Source: Cyanobacteria bacterium auto_48_18 (lineage in GTDB: Bacteria; Cyanobacteriota; Vampirovibrionia; Obscuribacterales; Obscuribacteraceae). Taken from it: 64,000 nt of DNA. The notes under the pieces are model-generated. The model saw only the letters and a program-made list of their open reading frames with translations. It had not been told where the DNA came from and ran no database searches. Where the stretch lies: contig JAVHQC010000035.1 of the NCBI GenBank assembly GCA_036170915.1, forward strand, positions 192,001 through 256,000, in the 5' to 3' direction. A program made the translations under genes and the position numbers. This document shows, piece after piece, positions 1 through 10,237 of this stretch; the stretch's first letter is position 1, and each line of letters begins with the position of its first letter.

Positions 1-410
1 TTTTCCACCAGGTTAATTAAAACCTGATCTATTTGCTCTGCATTGGCAGACAATTCGAAACCTTTTTCTATCGCCAGTTTTAAGACCACGCCTTTTTCTT
101 GCGCCATTTCTCGTGTAGTTTCAACCACATACTGAGCACGCTCGGCTATATCAACGGGAGCAAAGCGCATTTCATCACGCCCGCCCTGTAATTTTTCATG
201 AGAAAGCAGGTCTGAGACAAGATTTTGCAAACGAGAGACTTCTTCTTTTGTGCGATTAAGCATGCGCATGGCCGTGATTGGGTCTTCTACGGCACCGTCA
301 ATTAATGTCTCTACTAAAAGTTTGATATTAGCGAGAGGAAGCCTCAGTTCGTGAGACACCTCGGCAATCCAGTTATTATGCTCTTCTTCAGTAAGAGGAC
401 GATTATCCAT
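1..410 (-). CDS. Histidine kinase (HisKA plus start of HATPase_c), 3' end outside the window; no N-terminal sensor domain
   Basis: Manual translation from ATG at 410 gives MDNRPLTEEEHNNWIAEVSHELRLPLANIKLLVETLIDG...EQIDQVLINLVE, containing the H-box and the start of the N-box. Not in the ORF track because it is truncated. Confidence 0.88.
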   Translation of the reverse strand, partial: MDNRPLTEEEHNNWIAEVSHELRLPLANIKLLVETLIDGAVEDPITAMRMLNRTKEEVSRLQNLVSDLLSHEKLQGGRDEMRFAPVDIAERAQYVVETTREMAQEKGVVLKLAIEKGFELSANAEQIDQVLINLVE

Positions 411-704
411 TATTTCACTCAATGGCTACACCACAGGTAAAATCACAGGCAAATTCACAGGAGAAATCACATCTAAGATCATGGGCACCACCAGCGGTGC
501 AAGTGCGAGCTCTGAAGTGAACAGGGGAGTGACCAGGGGAGCGACGAGAGACGCGACCACTGAAGCAAGTTCGCAAAACAGATTTGATTGCTGCTATTGA
601 TTTCAATTGATGCGAACGGCGCTTTGGCATTGAATCGTATTTGACCCAGTAAAATGCACTAGAATCTTACTCAATTCAGAGCATTAATAGGGTTTTTAAA
701 AATT

Positions 705-2282
705 ATGGGACCGGTAGTACTGGCAATTTTGGACGGATGGGGCATCATTGATGAAAAGAAAGGTAACGCTATTCTGGCGGCCCGCACTCCAAATTATGAC
801 CTGTTGAAAACGCAGTATCTCTTCACGCATCTTCAAGCCTCCGGCGAGCATGTGGGTTTACCGCCAGGCTTGATGGGCAATTCCGAAGTGGGCCACTTAA
901 CTATCGGCTCGGGGCGCACGGTCACCCAGAAGCTCACCTTAATTTCCAACACTATTGCTGATGGTACTTTCTTTGAAAATCCGTCCCTGGTGGCAGCCGC
1001 TGAAAACGTCAAGCATAGCGGCGGAGTGCTCCATATCATTGGGTTGCTTTCTGACGGTTGTGTGCACTCGAGCCCAGATCACCTCGACGGTTTGCTCGAG
1101 TTTGCCCGGCGTCATCAAATTAAAAGACTGATGGTGCATCCCATACTCGACGGCCGTGATACACCACCGCGCTCAGCCAAACGCTTTGTGCGCGAGCTAG
1201 AAGAAAAGCTAGCCAATTTCAATGGCGCCGCTGAAATTGGTGTGATTTGCGGACGTTACTATGCCATGGACCGAGATCAGCGATGGGAGAGGGTAAACAC
1301 TTACTGGCGCGCTTTAGTGTTGTCAGAAGGAACTCAAGGCAACACTCCTCAAGAAGCAATTGACCAGTCATACGCTGCCGATCTAGGTGACGAGTTTGTA
1401 ACCCCGCAAATTATCAACGCCGTACCTATAAAGGATGGCGACAGTGTGATTTGTTTCAATTTCCGCCCAGATCGTGTGCGCGAGATTTCCCGAGTGCTGA
1501 CGCAAGCTGATTTTGCCGAGTTCAACAGACCGATTGTGCCCAGCGTCTATTACGTATGCATGACCGAATATGATGAGCATTTGCATTTACCTGTGGCCTT
1601 CAGCCCTGAAGTTTTGCCTTCACAGGACCTCTTCAATACTTTGCCTGAAGTGATCTCTTGCCACCATATCGGCCAGTTTCACGCGGCGGAGACTGAAAAA
1701 TATGCCCACGTTACCTATTTCTTCAATGGTGGCAAAGAAGCCCCGGTCGACGGTGAAATCCGTGAATTGATTCCATCATTGAAAGTCGCCACCTACGATC
1801 TGGCACCAACCATGCGCACCCCTCAAGTATGTGACCTGGCCTGCCAAGCGATAAAGAGCGGAAAGTATCCATTTATAGTGCTCAATTTTGCCAATCCTGA
1901 CATGGTCGGCCATACGGGCATTATGGATGCAGCTGTACCAGCCGTAGAATCGGTAGACCTGGCATTTGGCCGATTGCTGGCAGCAGTGCAGGAGGCAAAC
2001 GGCACTCTAGTTGTAACGGCCGATCATGGCAATATCGAACAATTGATTGATTATAAGACGGGTGAACCGCACACGGCTCACACCACTAACCCGGTACCGC
2101 TTGTGGTGGCAAGCTTCCAGACCCCTTTATGTGATCCACTTAAACTCACCGGTGCCACCAGAACTGGCACTATGAAAAAACTCACACCTGGTGGCCTGGC
2201 AGACGTTGCTCCCACAATATTGGCAATCATGAATATCGACAAACCGGCTGAAATGACCGGCCGGTCATTGATATCCAACTGA
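705..2282 (+). CDS. gpmI: 2,3-bisphosphoglycerate-independent phosphoglycerate mutase
   Basis: Motifs ILDGWG, MGNSEVGH, DGRD, GRYYAMDRD, ETEKYAHVT, NPDMVGHTG, TADHGN, HTAHT. Confidence 0.97.
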   Translation: MGPVVLAILDGWGIIDEKKGNAILAARTPNYDLLKTQYLFTHLQASGEHVGLPPGLMGNSEVGHLTIGSGRTVTQKLTLISNTIADGTFFENPSLVAAAENVKHSGGVLHIIGLLSDGCVHSSPDHLDGLLEFARRHQIKRLMVHPILDGRDTPPRSAKRFVRELEEKLANFNGAAEIGVICGRYYAMDRDQRWERVNTYWRALVLSEGTQGNTPQEAIDQSYAADLGDEFVTPQIINAVPIKDGDSVICFNFRPDRVREISRVLTQADFAEFNRPIVPSVYYVCMTEYDEHLHLPVAFSPEVLPSQDLFNTLPEVISCHHIGQFHAAETEKYAHVTYFFNGGKEAPVDGEIRELIPSLKVATYDLAPTMRTPQVCDLACQAIKSGKYPFIVLNFANPDMVGHTGIMDAAVPAVESVDLAFGRLLAAVQEANGTLVVTADHGNIEQLIDYKTGEPHTAHTTNPVPLVVASFQTPLCDPLKLTGATRTGTMKKLTPGGLADVAPTILAIMNIDKPAEMTGRSLISN

Positions 2283-2525
2283 TCATTTTTCTGTATTGAA
2301 GAGCTATGCAAGTTTGCTTATGTAAGAACTGGGCTAGAAAAACCCAGGCAAAATCGGCACTGATATTTACAATACTTCTTTTCAAGAGGTTCAAATGCAA
2401 GAAAGAAAGGATATAATTCAACCGATTTCAGGTGGGCGAAATTTACTAGCTTTGCCACCATTGTCATTTTGAGAGAGCTCGCTGACAATATTTCATACAG
2501 GATTAGAAGGAGACGAATCGACCGC

Positions 2526-2768
2526 ATGATTACTTTGAGAAACCTAGCCCTGGCTGGCGCAAGCTTGGCCCTCGTAGCTTCCCTCGCAGCTTGCAGCGGC
2601 AGCACCGATACAACAACCAGCACCACTTCCACTACCACTGGAACTGGCACTGATGCTGCTACTACTACCGTCACAACCGGTACTGATGCTGCATCTACCA
2701 GCACAACAACAACACCAGCAGTTGAGACCTCTACAACTACTGCTACAACAACTGCCGAATCTCACTAG
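2526..2768 (+). CDS. Small Thr/Ser-rich lipoprotein
   Basis: ATG at 2526 downstream of AGGAG; signal peptide with lipobox LAAC followed by a T/S/A/G low-complexity tail; terminator follows. Confidence 0.75.
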   Translation: MITLRNLALAGASLALVASLAACSGSTDTTTSTTSTTTGTGTDAATTTVTTGTDAASTSTTTTPAVETSTTTATTTAESH

Positions 2769-2789
2769 AGATTCGTTAGACAAAAAATT

Positions 2790-2824
2790 GAAGCCCTTTC
2801 AGGAAACTGAAGGGGCTTTTCTTT
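2790..2824 (+). terminator. Intrinsic terminator
   Basis: Hairpin aagccctttcag-gaaa-ctgaaggggctt followed by a T-rich tract. Confidence 0.75.
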
Positions 2825-2877
2825 GCGGAACATTTTAGTGCGCAATCGTCTCTGTATAATGTGTTTCACAAATAAGG

Positions 2878-3804
2878 GTGCCCATGGCTATCTCCAAACT
2901 TATTTTTCAACTATTACTTTTGTCGCTCTTGTCTAATGCTGACGTCGCCCTGGCCCAGCAGCCGCCAGCGCCAGCGGCCATGCCCCCCATGACCCAGCCG
3001 CTTTCGGCTCCCACAGTTTCTTTTGTTGATATCAACTCTGGTCGCTTCGGCAAATTGGAAATTGATCTGCTTGATGGTCAATTTATGAATGGCGCCTGTG
3101 ACAATCTGCATCTGGTGGCACGCAACATGGACTTTGCCGCCGGAGAACTTAAGAGCCTCGACATCGATGTAAAAGGCGCCAACATCGACGATTTTCTTGT
3201 TGATAAACTCAGTCTCACAACTCAGGGCGCATTGAAATTCGACAGTGGTCTTTTGCTCAATCAAAAAACACTGCAATTCACCAGCCCGGCAACTGCACAG
3301 GTAACTGCCACCATTAGCCAGGATAGCCTCAATCGGTACCTGAAGGCACCAAGTACTCTCGATCGACTTTCATATACTGCCACCAAAAAAGGTGGCATGC
3401 TCGCCAATTTATTGGGCAGCGTCGGTGGCAATTTCGGCTTGACCATCACTGGCGCCAATATTGTTTTAGGCCGCAACAACAAGGTCAATATGACGGCTGA
3501 AGGTAAGGCCGGCATCGGGCAACTGGCACTACCCATCGCAGCTCAACTTGAAAGTCAGCTGTCGATTCAGGAAGGTTGGGTGCAACTATCTGATACCAAA
3601 CTCATGACCGCCGGCCAGGAAATTTCACCACAACTATCTGAGCTGCTGGTGAAAAAAATTAACAGCCTCTCAAATCTGGGCACTAAATCAGATGACATTC
3701 ACTTTAGCTTTACCGAACTCAAGGTTACGCCGGGCAAACAATTAGTGGCAACTGGAACGGCTCTAGTAAACCGCTTGCGCTTCGGCCGCAATCAGAATCA
3801 ATAA
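2878..3804 (+). CDS. Secreted DUF2993/LmeA-like lipid-binding protein
   Basis: Signal peptide; beta-rich body with an ATISQDSLNRYL segment resembling DUF2993. Confidence 0.6.
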   Translation: MPMAISKLIFQLLLLSLLSNADVALAQQPPAPAAMPPMTQPLSAPTVSFVDINSGRFGKLEIDLLDGQFMNGACDNLHLVARNMDFAAGELKSLDIDVKGANIDDFLVDKLSLTTQGALKFDSGLLLNQKTLQFTSPATAQVTATISQDSLNRYLKAPSTLDRLSYTATKKGGMLANLLGSVGGNFGLTITGANIVLGRNNKVNMTAEGKAGIGQLALPIAAQLESQLSIQEGWVQLSDTKLMTAGQEISPQLSELLVKKINSLSNLGTKSDDIHFSFTELKVTPGKQLVATGTALVNRLRFGRNQNQ

Positions 3805-3892
3805 TCAAATGGAAAATCACTGACTATGAGCAAACAACGTTATATACTTAGCTTTCCAGTCACTTGCTTCAACTAGAAAGCGAGATTTTTGA

Positions 3893-4621
3893 ATGTATAA
3901 GCGGCGCGACAGCCGGCAATGGGACCAGCTTAGACCGGTCAAGTTTACGAGAAATTTCACCAAGAATGCAGACGGCTCAGTGCTGGTTGAAATTGGTGAT
4001 ACCAAAGTATTCTGCACCGCAAAAATCGAAGAGCGCGTACCCGCCTTTTTAATCGGCAAGGGTGAAGGTTGGATCACAGCCGAATATTCCATGCTGCCGG
4101 GCTCTACCTTGCAGCGCTCGCAAAGAGAAGTGACTCGAGGACAGGCCTCAGGCCGCACCAATGAAATTCAGCGCTTGATCGGTCGCTGTTTAAGAGCAGT
4201 GGTAGACCGCCGCGCTTTGGGCGAGCGTACCATCACAATTGACTGCGATGTTTTGCAGGCTGACGCCGGCACTCGTGTCTCTTCCATCTGTGGCGGTTTT
4301 TTGGCACTTTATGATGCGTTGAGCAAACTGCGTAAAGCTGGTGTGTTTGATGAGTTGCCGATTACCGAGCACATGGCGGCAGTTTCAGTGGTGCAAATCA
4401 ACGGCCAGCTATTGCTTGACCCTAACTACAGCGAAGACTCGCAAGCGGAGATGGACAGCAACATAGTTCTGACCGAATCGGGCAAAATTCTCGAATTGCA
4501 GATGACCTCTGAAACCAAACCTTATGACGCCGCCAAGCTGACCGATTTGATGCTCCTTGCCAACAAAGGTGTGAAAGAGATCATCAGCATGCAGCAACAA
4601 ATTATCAATAAACGCAATTAG
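3893..4621 (+). CDS. rph: Ribonuclease PH
   Basis: Motifs ADGSVLVEIGDTKVFC, GWITAEYSMLP, GRTNEIQRLIGR, CDVLQADAGTR. Confidence 0.96.
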   Translation: MYKRRDSRQWDQLRPVKFTRNFTKNADGSVLVEIGDTKVFCTAKIEERVPAFLIGKGEGWITAEYSMLPGSTLQRSQREVTRGQASGRTNEIQRLIGRCLRAVVDRRALGERTITIDCDVLQADAGTRVSSICGGFLALYDALSKLRKAGVFDELPITEHMAAVSVVQINGQLLLDPNYSEDSQAEMDSNIVLTESGKILELQMTSETKPYDAAKLTDLMLLANKGVKEIISMQQQIINKRN

Positions 4622-4647
4622 AGAAAAACCTCGAGTTTTTCTGTAAG
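4618..4647. repeat. Intergenic palindrome, copy 1 (AGAAAAACCTCGAGTTTTTCTGTAAG)
   Basis: 26 bp (4622-4647) identical to 7800-7825. Confidence 0.85.
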
Positions 4648-4831
4648 GCCGTTTTTGCGCCATTTTTGCAGAAATTGAGAACCGGACATTTAAGCAATGT
4701 CACATGAATCTTAAATTTGTTCGCTTTCCTGCTGACAACACAGCATAAGGCTATACACTTAAGAGCGACGCGGCAAGTAAAGTAATTGCGCAATACACCA
4801 TGGCGTAAGTGGCAAGTGACGATTCAAGCAA

Positions 4832-6397
4832 GTGACAATTCAAGAAAGTATCGATTTTAATCCAGAAGAGTTCAACCCAATTCGGGAGAGCTTTAGAGAC
4901 GTGAGCCCTATGCGGCTTGTCCTCTCTACTCTAGCGGTGTTCGAACGCATTCGCAAACTGCAGGGATGGAAAGGCGCGCTGCGAGTCATTCCTATTGTCT
5001 GGACGATTATCTGGTCAGTCAAAGGTTTTTCGCGTTTTCATGCCGAAGAGTTTGAACGTGCCAGCCGCGGCGACGCCGTGGACGACGTTGAAGAAGCAGC
5101 ACTGACCAACAAAGACTACGAACAATACAGAGAATTGGGCCGCTGGCTTTGCAGGCGTCTCAACGCCCTCGGTCCAACTTTTGTCAAAATTGGACAGACT
5201 TTGTCTACCAGAGCAGATTTGCTCCCGCTGCCAGCCATGCTTGAGCTGACTCGGCTGCAAGAAAACGTTGATCAATTTCCAACTGAGACCGCTCGAGCAA
5301 TTATCGTTCGCGAATTAGGCGCTCAGCCAGAAGAGCTCTACAAAGAATTCAACAATGTACCGATTGCCGCCGCCAGCTTGTCGCAGGCTTACCGGGCCAC
5401 GTTGGAAGACGGCCGTGATGTTGTCGTAAAGGTGCAGAGACCAGATCTAAGTAGCATCATCGTCATGGATGTGCAGATTCTTGCTGCTGTGGCCGACGAA
5501 GTGATGAAGTATCCCAGCCTTTGCCGCCACACGGAATGGCCAGGTGTGGTGGACGAATTTGCTAAAACTATTTTTGAAGAAATCGATTATATTCGCGAAG
5601 GCCGCAACGCGGACATTTTCAGGAGTTCGTATCGTAATTTCGATCGCATCTATATTCCTCGCATTGTCTGGAAACTGACAGGTCGTCGAGTTCTAACTAT
5701 CGAATACGTCTCAGGCATTCCCATCAATGATGCCGCAGGCATTGCTGCCATGGGCCTTGACGCTGAAGAAATTACAAAAATTGGCGCCAATTTCTACTTG
5801 CGTCAATTGCTTGAAGAAGGATTTTTCCACGCAGACCCGCACCCGGGCAACATGCGAGTGATGGAAGATGGCCGCGTGGGTATTTTTGATTTTGGCATGG
5901 TGGGTCGCATCACCCCTGAGCTCAAACAGCACATGGTCAATGCTTTCATGCATACCATTCAAAGAGACTACCGTGAGCTTGTGGACGACTTTGTCGGCAT
6001 GGGTTTCCTCAAACCAGAAGCCGATCGCGATGCTCTATGTCGCGACCTCGCGCCCATCATCGACGCCCGTTTTGCTGATGGTATGAGCAAAGTGCGTTTC
6101 CGTAAAATGCTTTTCGACTTCTCTGAAGTCTGCTTCGCTTATCCTTTCCGCCTGCCATCTGAGTTTACTTATGTCATGCGCGCCTTACTGACACTGGAAG
6201 GCATTGCGCTGACCATTAATCCGAAATTCAATTTTGTTGATGCTGCTATGCCTTTTGCTCACAGACTGGTGATGAAAAACAATCAGTTCCTTGGCCAGGC
6301 AATCTTCAAAGAAGTATTCACTGACGGCAAGTTTAATCGCCGCGCAGCCATTAAACTAATTAAGTCGGCAGCCCAACTCACAAGCTCACTGCTCTAA
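4832..6397 (+). CDS. ABC1/AarF/UbiB family atypical kinase
   Basis: Motifs LGPTFVKIGQ, AAASLSQAY, VVVKVQRP, FFHADPHPGN, DFGMVG. Confidence 0.93.
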   Translation: MTIQESIDFNPEEFNPIRESFRDVSPMRLVLSTLAVFERIRKLQGWKGALRVIPIVWTIIWSVKGFSRFHAEEFERASRGDAVDDVEEAALTNKDYEQYRELGRWLCRRLNALGPTFVKIGQTLSTRADLLPLPAMLELTRLQENVDQFPTETARAIIVRELGAQPEELYKEFNNVPIAAASLSQAYRATLEDGRDVVVKVQRPDLSSIIVMDVQILAAVADEVMKYPSLCRHTEWPGVVDEFAKTIFEEIDYIREGRNADIFRSSYRNFDRIYIPRIVWKLTGRRVLTIEYVSGIPINDAAGIAAMGLDAEEITKIGANFYLRQLLEEGFFHADPHPGNMRVMEDGRVGIFDFGMVGRITPELKQHMVNAFMHTIQRDYRELVDDFVGMGFLKPEADRDALCRDLAPIIDARFADGMSKVRFRKMLFDFSEVCFAYPFRLPSEFTYVMRALLTLEGIALTINPKFNFVDAAMPFAHRLVMKNNQFLGQAIFKEVFTDGKFNRRAAIKLIKSAAQLTSSLL

Positions 6398-6405
6398 ATT
6401 CAATA

Positions 6406-7770
6406 TTGAAGAATTCTCGAAAACTGCTGGCCCTCCTGCTAGACCTAGTTACGCTCGTGCTCGTGCTGACAGCAGGCTTTGCTGTGGTGACAAACCTTGG
6501 CCAGACCCTGGCAAAGAACGCCAACGTGTACACCACTGCTGCCAACGGCAGTTTTCAGCACATTGATTTCATCAGCTATTACATGGCCGGCACCCTCGCT
6601 CGTGCGGACAGCGAAACCCGCCTCAAAGCATATGATCCGGCAGTACAGCTCAGACTTTACAACGCAATTATTGCTCCGGCAAAAATCGATAGACCAATTT
6701 TTCTCAACTATCCACCATACGCATTCAGTCTGATGGTGCCATTTACTTTTCTGCCACTGCGCGTAGCCTATCTGCTCTGGGATACTCTTTCTTTACTAGC
6801 TGGTATTGCCGCCTTAATTTGGGCCGGTAGGACAGCCGGCAAAATCACCAATTATCCGAAGTCAGCGCTGGCAGCACTGGCCTGCTTATTTGCTCTTTCC
6901 TTTCCGGGTTGCGACGCTCTAATGGACGGCCAGCTTACCTGGTGGTTCATTGCTTTAATTGCCCTTGCTTATGTAGGCCTCAAGCGTAATAACGATTATT
7001 TAGCCGGCGCAGCCACGGCTATGCTTGCCTTAAAACCACACTTTTTCCTTTTTATGGTGATACCGCTCTTAGTATCAAAGCGCAAAAAGGCAATTTTCAC
7101 CTGCGCAGCAGTAATGAGTATTTTGCTTCTACTTGCCGCTGCCAACCTGGGTTTTGAGAATGTCTTGAATTATCCCAAAATTGTTCTGGCAGGAGAAAAT
7201 GTAGAATTATGCCCCATGACTTTTCCTGAGCGCATGGTTTGTTTGCGCGGACCGGCCAGCATTTTTCTCAACCATGATTGGTATATGCGCCTTGCTTTTG
7301 GCGGCTTCATTGTCGGCCTTGGCGCTTACTTTTTTATTTTCAAAAAAACCTTTCAAAAGGCGCCTGGACTCAGTTTGGAGACGGCATACGGCCTGGCTAT
7401 TCCCATTCTACTTACTCTCAGCCCTCACATGCACGTTTATGATTGTGCACTACTGGCAATACCAGCGGTTTTGCTCCTTCCTTCTATCAGGCCTTCGCAA
7501 TTGCTGAGAGAAAAACCTCTGGCTTTTAAACTCTATAGCTTACTAATTTGTTCCTACTTTTTACTTTCCTGGCTGATTATGGTTTGCGCTCCAGGCCTGG
7601 GCGCTCTCTTACCTGCTGACCTGCAAGCAAAGCTCAGCGTCAATGATATTCCTTGCGCCCTGCTTAGTTTTTACGTTTATCTGATGGTTGATGTGGTGCT
7701 CTTTGTTTTACTGGCAGCTTCTGCTTTTTCGGAGCCTCATCCGGTTGCAAGGCCTGAGCAGGCTGAGTGA
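6406..7770 (+). CDS. GT87 (DUF2029) family membrane glycosyltransferase
   Basis: Multiple TM segments; DF..YY.AG, F.NYPP, GQ, LKP and PH.H.YD motifs. Confidence 0.8.
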   Translation: MKNSRKLLALLLDLVTLVLVLTAGFAVVTNLGQTLAKNANVYTTAANGSFQHIDFISYYMAGTLARADSETRLKAYDPAVQLRLYNAIIAPAKIDRPIFLNYPPYAFSLMVPFTFLPLRVAYLLWDTLSLLAGIAALIWAGRTAGKITNYPKSALAALACLFALSFPGCDALMDGQLTWWFIALIALAYVGLKRNNDYLAGAATAMLALKPHFFLFMVIPLLVSKRKKAIFTCAAVMSILLLLAAANLGFENVLNYPKIVLAGENVELCPMTFPERMVCLRGPASIFLNHDWYMRLAFGGFIVGLGAYFFIFKKTFQKAPGLSLETAYGLAIPILLTLSPHMHVYDCALLAIPAVLLLPSIRPSQLLREKPLAFKLYSLLICSYFLLSWLIMVCAPGLGALLPADLQAKLSVNDIPCALLSFYVYLMVDVVLFVLLAASAFSEPHPVARPEQAE

Positions 7771-7795
7771 GAACTCTCATGGCTTTTTTTATGAT

Positions 7796-7825
7796 TTACA
7801 GAAAAACCTCGAGTTTTTCTGTAAG
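7796..7825. repeat. Intergenic palindrome, copy 2 (TTACAGAAAAA-CCTCGAG-TTTTTCTGTAA)
   Basis: 11-bp perfect arms; shares 26 bp with 4622-4647. Confidence 0.85.
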
Positions 7826-8058
7826 CAGTGCAAAGTCATTTTTGACCCCCTCAGGGTAACTCTTAACAAACTCTGCAACTTCAAAGCAGAAAGTTACGGT
7901 TTTTGGCCCTTTTCGACCCCACAATCTTAAGAAATTTCTAGTCAGATGCAAAAATGTGCTGTCTAGCCTCAAAATAAACGAAGACAAGTGATGTCGCGCT
8001 GGAACCAGGCCGTTCATTGTTAGTCTCCTGCTTTAGACCGTGACCTGAACTAAGAGGT

Positions 8059-8688
8059 TTGCCATTGCTTTCAACTGCGCTACCGATTGTCCCGAGTTTA
8101 GCTAGCTGTCAGCATTGTTCCACGGCTATAGATCCGGGATCAAAGTTTTGCGGTAACTGCGGCATTCCCACTGTTTTACCAGCCCGCATGGGTCCTAACG
8201 CCAGATATATAGAACAATCTTTGTCTGGAAACAGCAGCAGCGCCAGTGCGGTGCAAGCATCAAACGTGTTGAACACCAAGGCTGCCCAGTATCTCAAAGG
8301 CACTGAAGGAGCAGCAGCGGCTGCCAAAACCGGCGTTCCCAGCTTCGCCCGCAATAAGAAACACAGCCGCGCTATACCACCTGAAATGCAGGCTGAGATG
8401 GCGGGGCTCATGGCCGGCCTGGTGAGAGAGAATATTTTCCTGGTTGGTCACTACATGGTTTTCGCGGTCACTACTTTGATCGGCTTATGGATTGCAGTCA
8501 AATGCTTCGTCGAATTCAACGGTGACGAGTTAAGCAAGCTGATGATGGCCAGCACACCACTAATGTTTATCAACCTGACGGCACTGGTAGCTCTGGTGCC
8601 AATCAAGGGCACCAAGCGCGAGATTGCTCGCATTAATGAACGCATGACTTATCTCAAGCTCGCGATGGAACTTGATCACATCATCTAA
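8059..8688 (+). CDS. Zinc-ribbon protein with two C-terminal TM helices
   Basis: CQHC...FCGNCG at the N-terminus; two hydrophobic helices. Start codon uncertain. Confidence 0.7.
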   Translation: MPLLSTALPIVPSLASCQHCSTAIDPGSKFCGNCGIPTVLPARMGPNARYIEQSLSGNSSSASAVQASNVLNTKAAQYLKGTEGAAAAAKTGVPSFARNKKHSRAIPPEMQAEMAGLMAGLVRENIFLVGHYMVFAVTTLIGLWIAVKCFVEFNGDELSKLMMASTPLMFINLTALVALVPIKGTKREIARINERMTYLKLAMELDHII

Positions 8689-8734
8689 TTGCAGAGCAGA
8701 GCAGACCAGACCAAACTAGACTAGATTTCAGTCT

Positions 8735-10213
8735 CTAGTCCGCAGTGGCAGGGCTCCAGCGCAAATTAGGTTTGCGGGCCGCTAGAGCCTCATCAAGCTT
8801 GCCTACCGGAGTATTGGTCGGAGCATGTCTGACGATATCAGGTGACTCGATGGACTCTTTATCAATCTGCAGCATGATTTCGGCAAATCGATCAAGCATT
8901 TCTTTGGCTTCCGTTTCAGTGGGCTCGATCATCATTGCTTCAGGCACAACTAGTGGGAAGTAGACAGTTGGTGCGTGCACACCAAAATCAAGCAAGCGCT
9001 TAGCCATCTGCGCTGTTGAAACACCACGTTCTTTTTGTCTGACGCCGGAAAGTACAAATTCGTGCATGCAAGCTTGCTCATGAGCCACCACAAAATTGCG
9101 GCTAAGTTTCACTTTGAGATAATTGGCATTCAAAATAGCATCGCGTGAAACCTGACACAAACCACCTTTACCATGAGCAAGAACATATGCGTAGGCGCGC
9201 ACCAGAATGCCGAAATTGCCATAAAAGCCTTTGACTTTGCCAATTGATTGCGAGCGGTCCCAATCAAGAGTGAACTTGTTTTCGCCGCCCTTCGCTTTGG
9301 TCACTACCGGTTTAGGCAAAAATGGTTCGAGAATATCGCGGCAGGCAACGGCACAAGCACCAGGGCCGCCACCACCATGAGGAGTGGAAAATGTTTTGTG
9401 CAAATTCAGATGGCAAACATCGAAGCCCATGTCGCCTGGTCTGACAAGACCCATAATGGCGTTAAGATTAGCTCCGTCGTAATAAAGCAAACCGCCGGCT
9501 TCGTGCACTAGTTTTTGCACGGTCATAATTTCTTCTTCGAACAATCCTAAGGTATTTGGATTTGTGAGCATAATGGCAGCGGTGTCTGGGCCAAGAGCAG
9601 CCTTAAGCGCTTCGGTGTCAACCAGGCCTTTTCCATTGCTTTTAATTTCCACTACGTCGAAACCGGCCAGAGCGGCGGTAGCAGGGTTGGTACCATGGGC
9701 AGTGTCAGGAACAATTACGGTACGACGTTTAGTGTCGCCTTTAGATTCGAAATAGGCACGAATCAAAAGCAGACCGGTTAGCTCACCGTGAGCTCCAGCA
9801 GCCGGTTGTAGAGTAACAGCAGGCAGGCCGACGACATTAGAGATCGACTGCTGCAATAGATAAAGCAACTCAAGAGCGCCCTGCACTTGATCTTCTGGTT
9901 GATTAGGATGCAGTTCTCTAAAACCTTCAAGAGCAGCCATGGCATCGTTAATTTTAGGATTGTATTTCATGGTGCACGAACCGAGCGGATAAAAACCGGT
10001 GTCGATGCAATGGTTTAAATGTGAAAGCTTGACAAAGTGCCGCACAGCTTCTAGCTCGCTTACTTCTGGTAATGCCGCCGCAATTTCGCGCACATAACCT
10101 TTAGGAATGAGCTTACTAACATCTTGAGCAGGAACTCCCGGCTTAGGCAAAATTTCTGTTCTTCTACCAGCTTGAGATTTTTCGTAAATTAGCTTTTCCA
10201 TTTCCATTCCCAT
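8735..10213 (-). CDS. gcvPB: Glycine dehydrogenase (decarboxylating) subunit 2
   Basis: Motifs [46 protein letters not shown]. Confidence 0.96.
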   Translation of the reverse strand: MGMEMEKLIYEKSQAGRRTEILPKPGVPAQDVSKLIPKGYVREIAAALPEVSELEAVRHFVKLSHLNHCIDTGFYPLGSCTMKYNPKINDAMAALEGFRELHPNQPEDQVQGALELLYLLQQSISNVVGLPAVTLQPAAGAHGELTGLLLIRAYFESKGDTKRRTVIVPDTAHGTNPATAALAGFDVVEIKSNGKGLVDTEALKAALGPDTAAIMLTNPNTLGLFEEEIMTVQKLVHEAGGLLYYDGANLNAIMGLVRPGDMGFDVCHLNLHKTFSTPHGGGGPGACAVACRDILEPFLPKPVVTKAKGGENKFTLDWDRSQSIGKVKGFYGNFGILVRAYAYVLAHGKGGLCQVSRDAILNANYLKVKLSRNFVVAHEQACMHEFVLSGVRQKERGVSTAQMAKRLLDFGVHAPTVYFPLVVPEAMMIEPTETEAKEMLDRFAEIMLQIDKESIESPDIVRHAPTNTPVGKLDEALAARKPNLRWSPATAD

Positions 10214-10237
10214 TTTTTAGCAGTTAGTTTTTCAGCG

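Noticed and set aside
415..630. 71-aa minus-strand ORF (MPKRRSH...)
   Set aside because: No recognisable motif; the C-terminus derives from a 12-bp tandem repeat. It may be only the kinase leader, so it is not called.
2318..2704. Hydrophobic Val-rich minus-strand ORF
   Set aside because: Antisense shadow of the Thr-rich lipoprotein, which has the RBS, lipobox and terminator.
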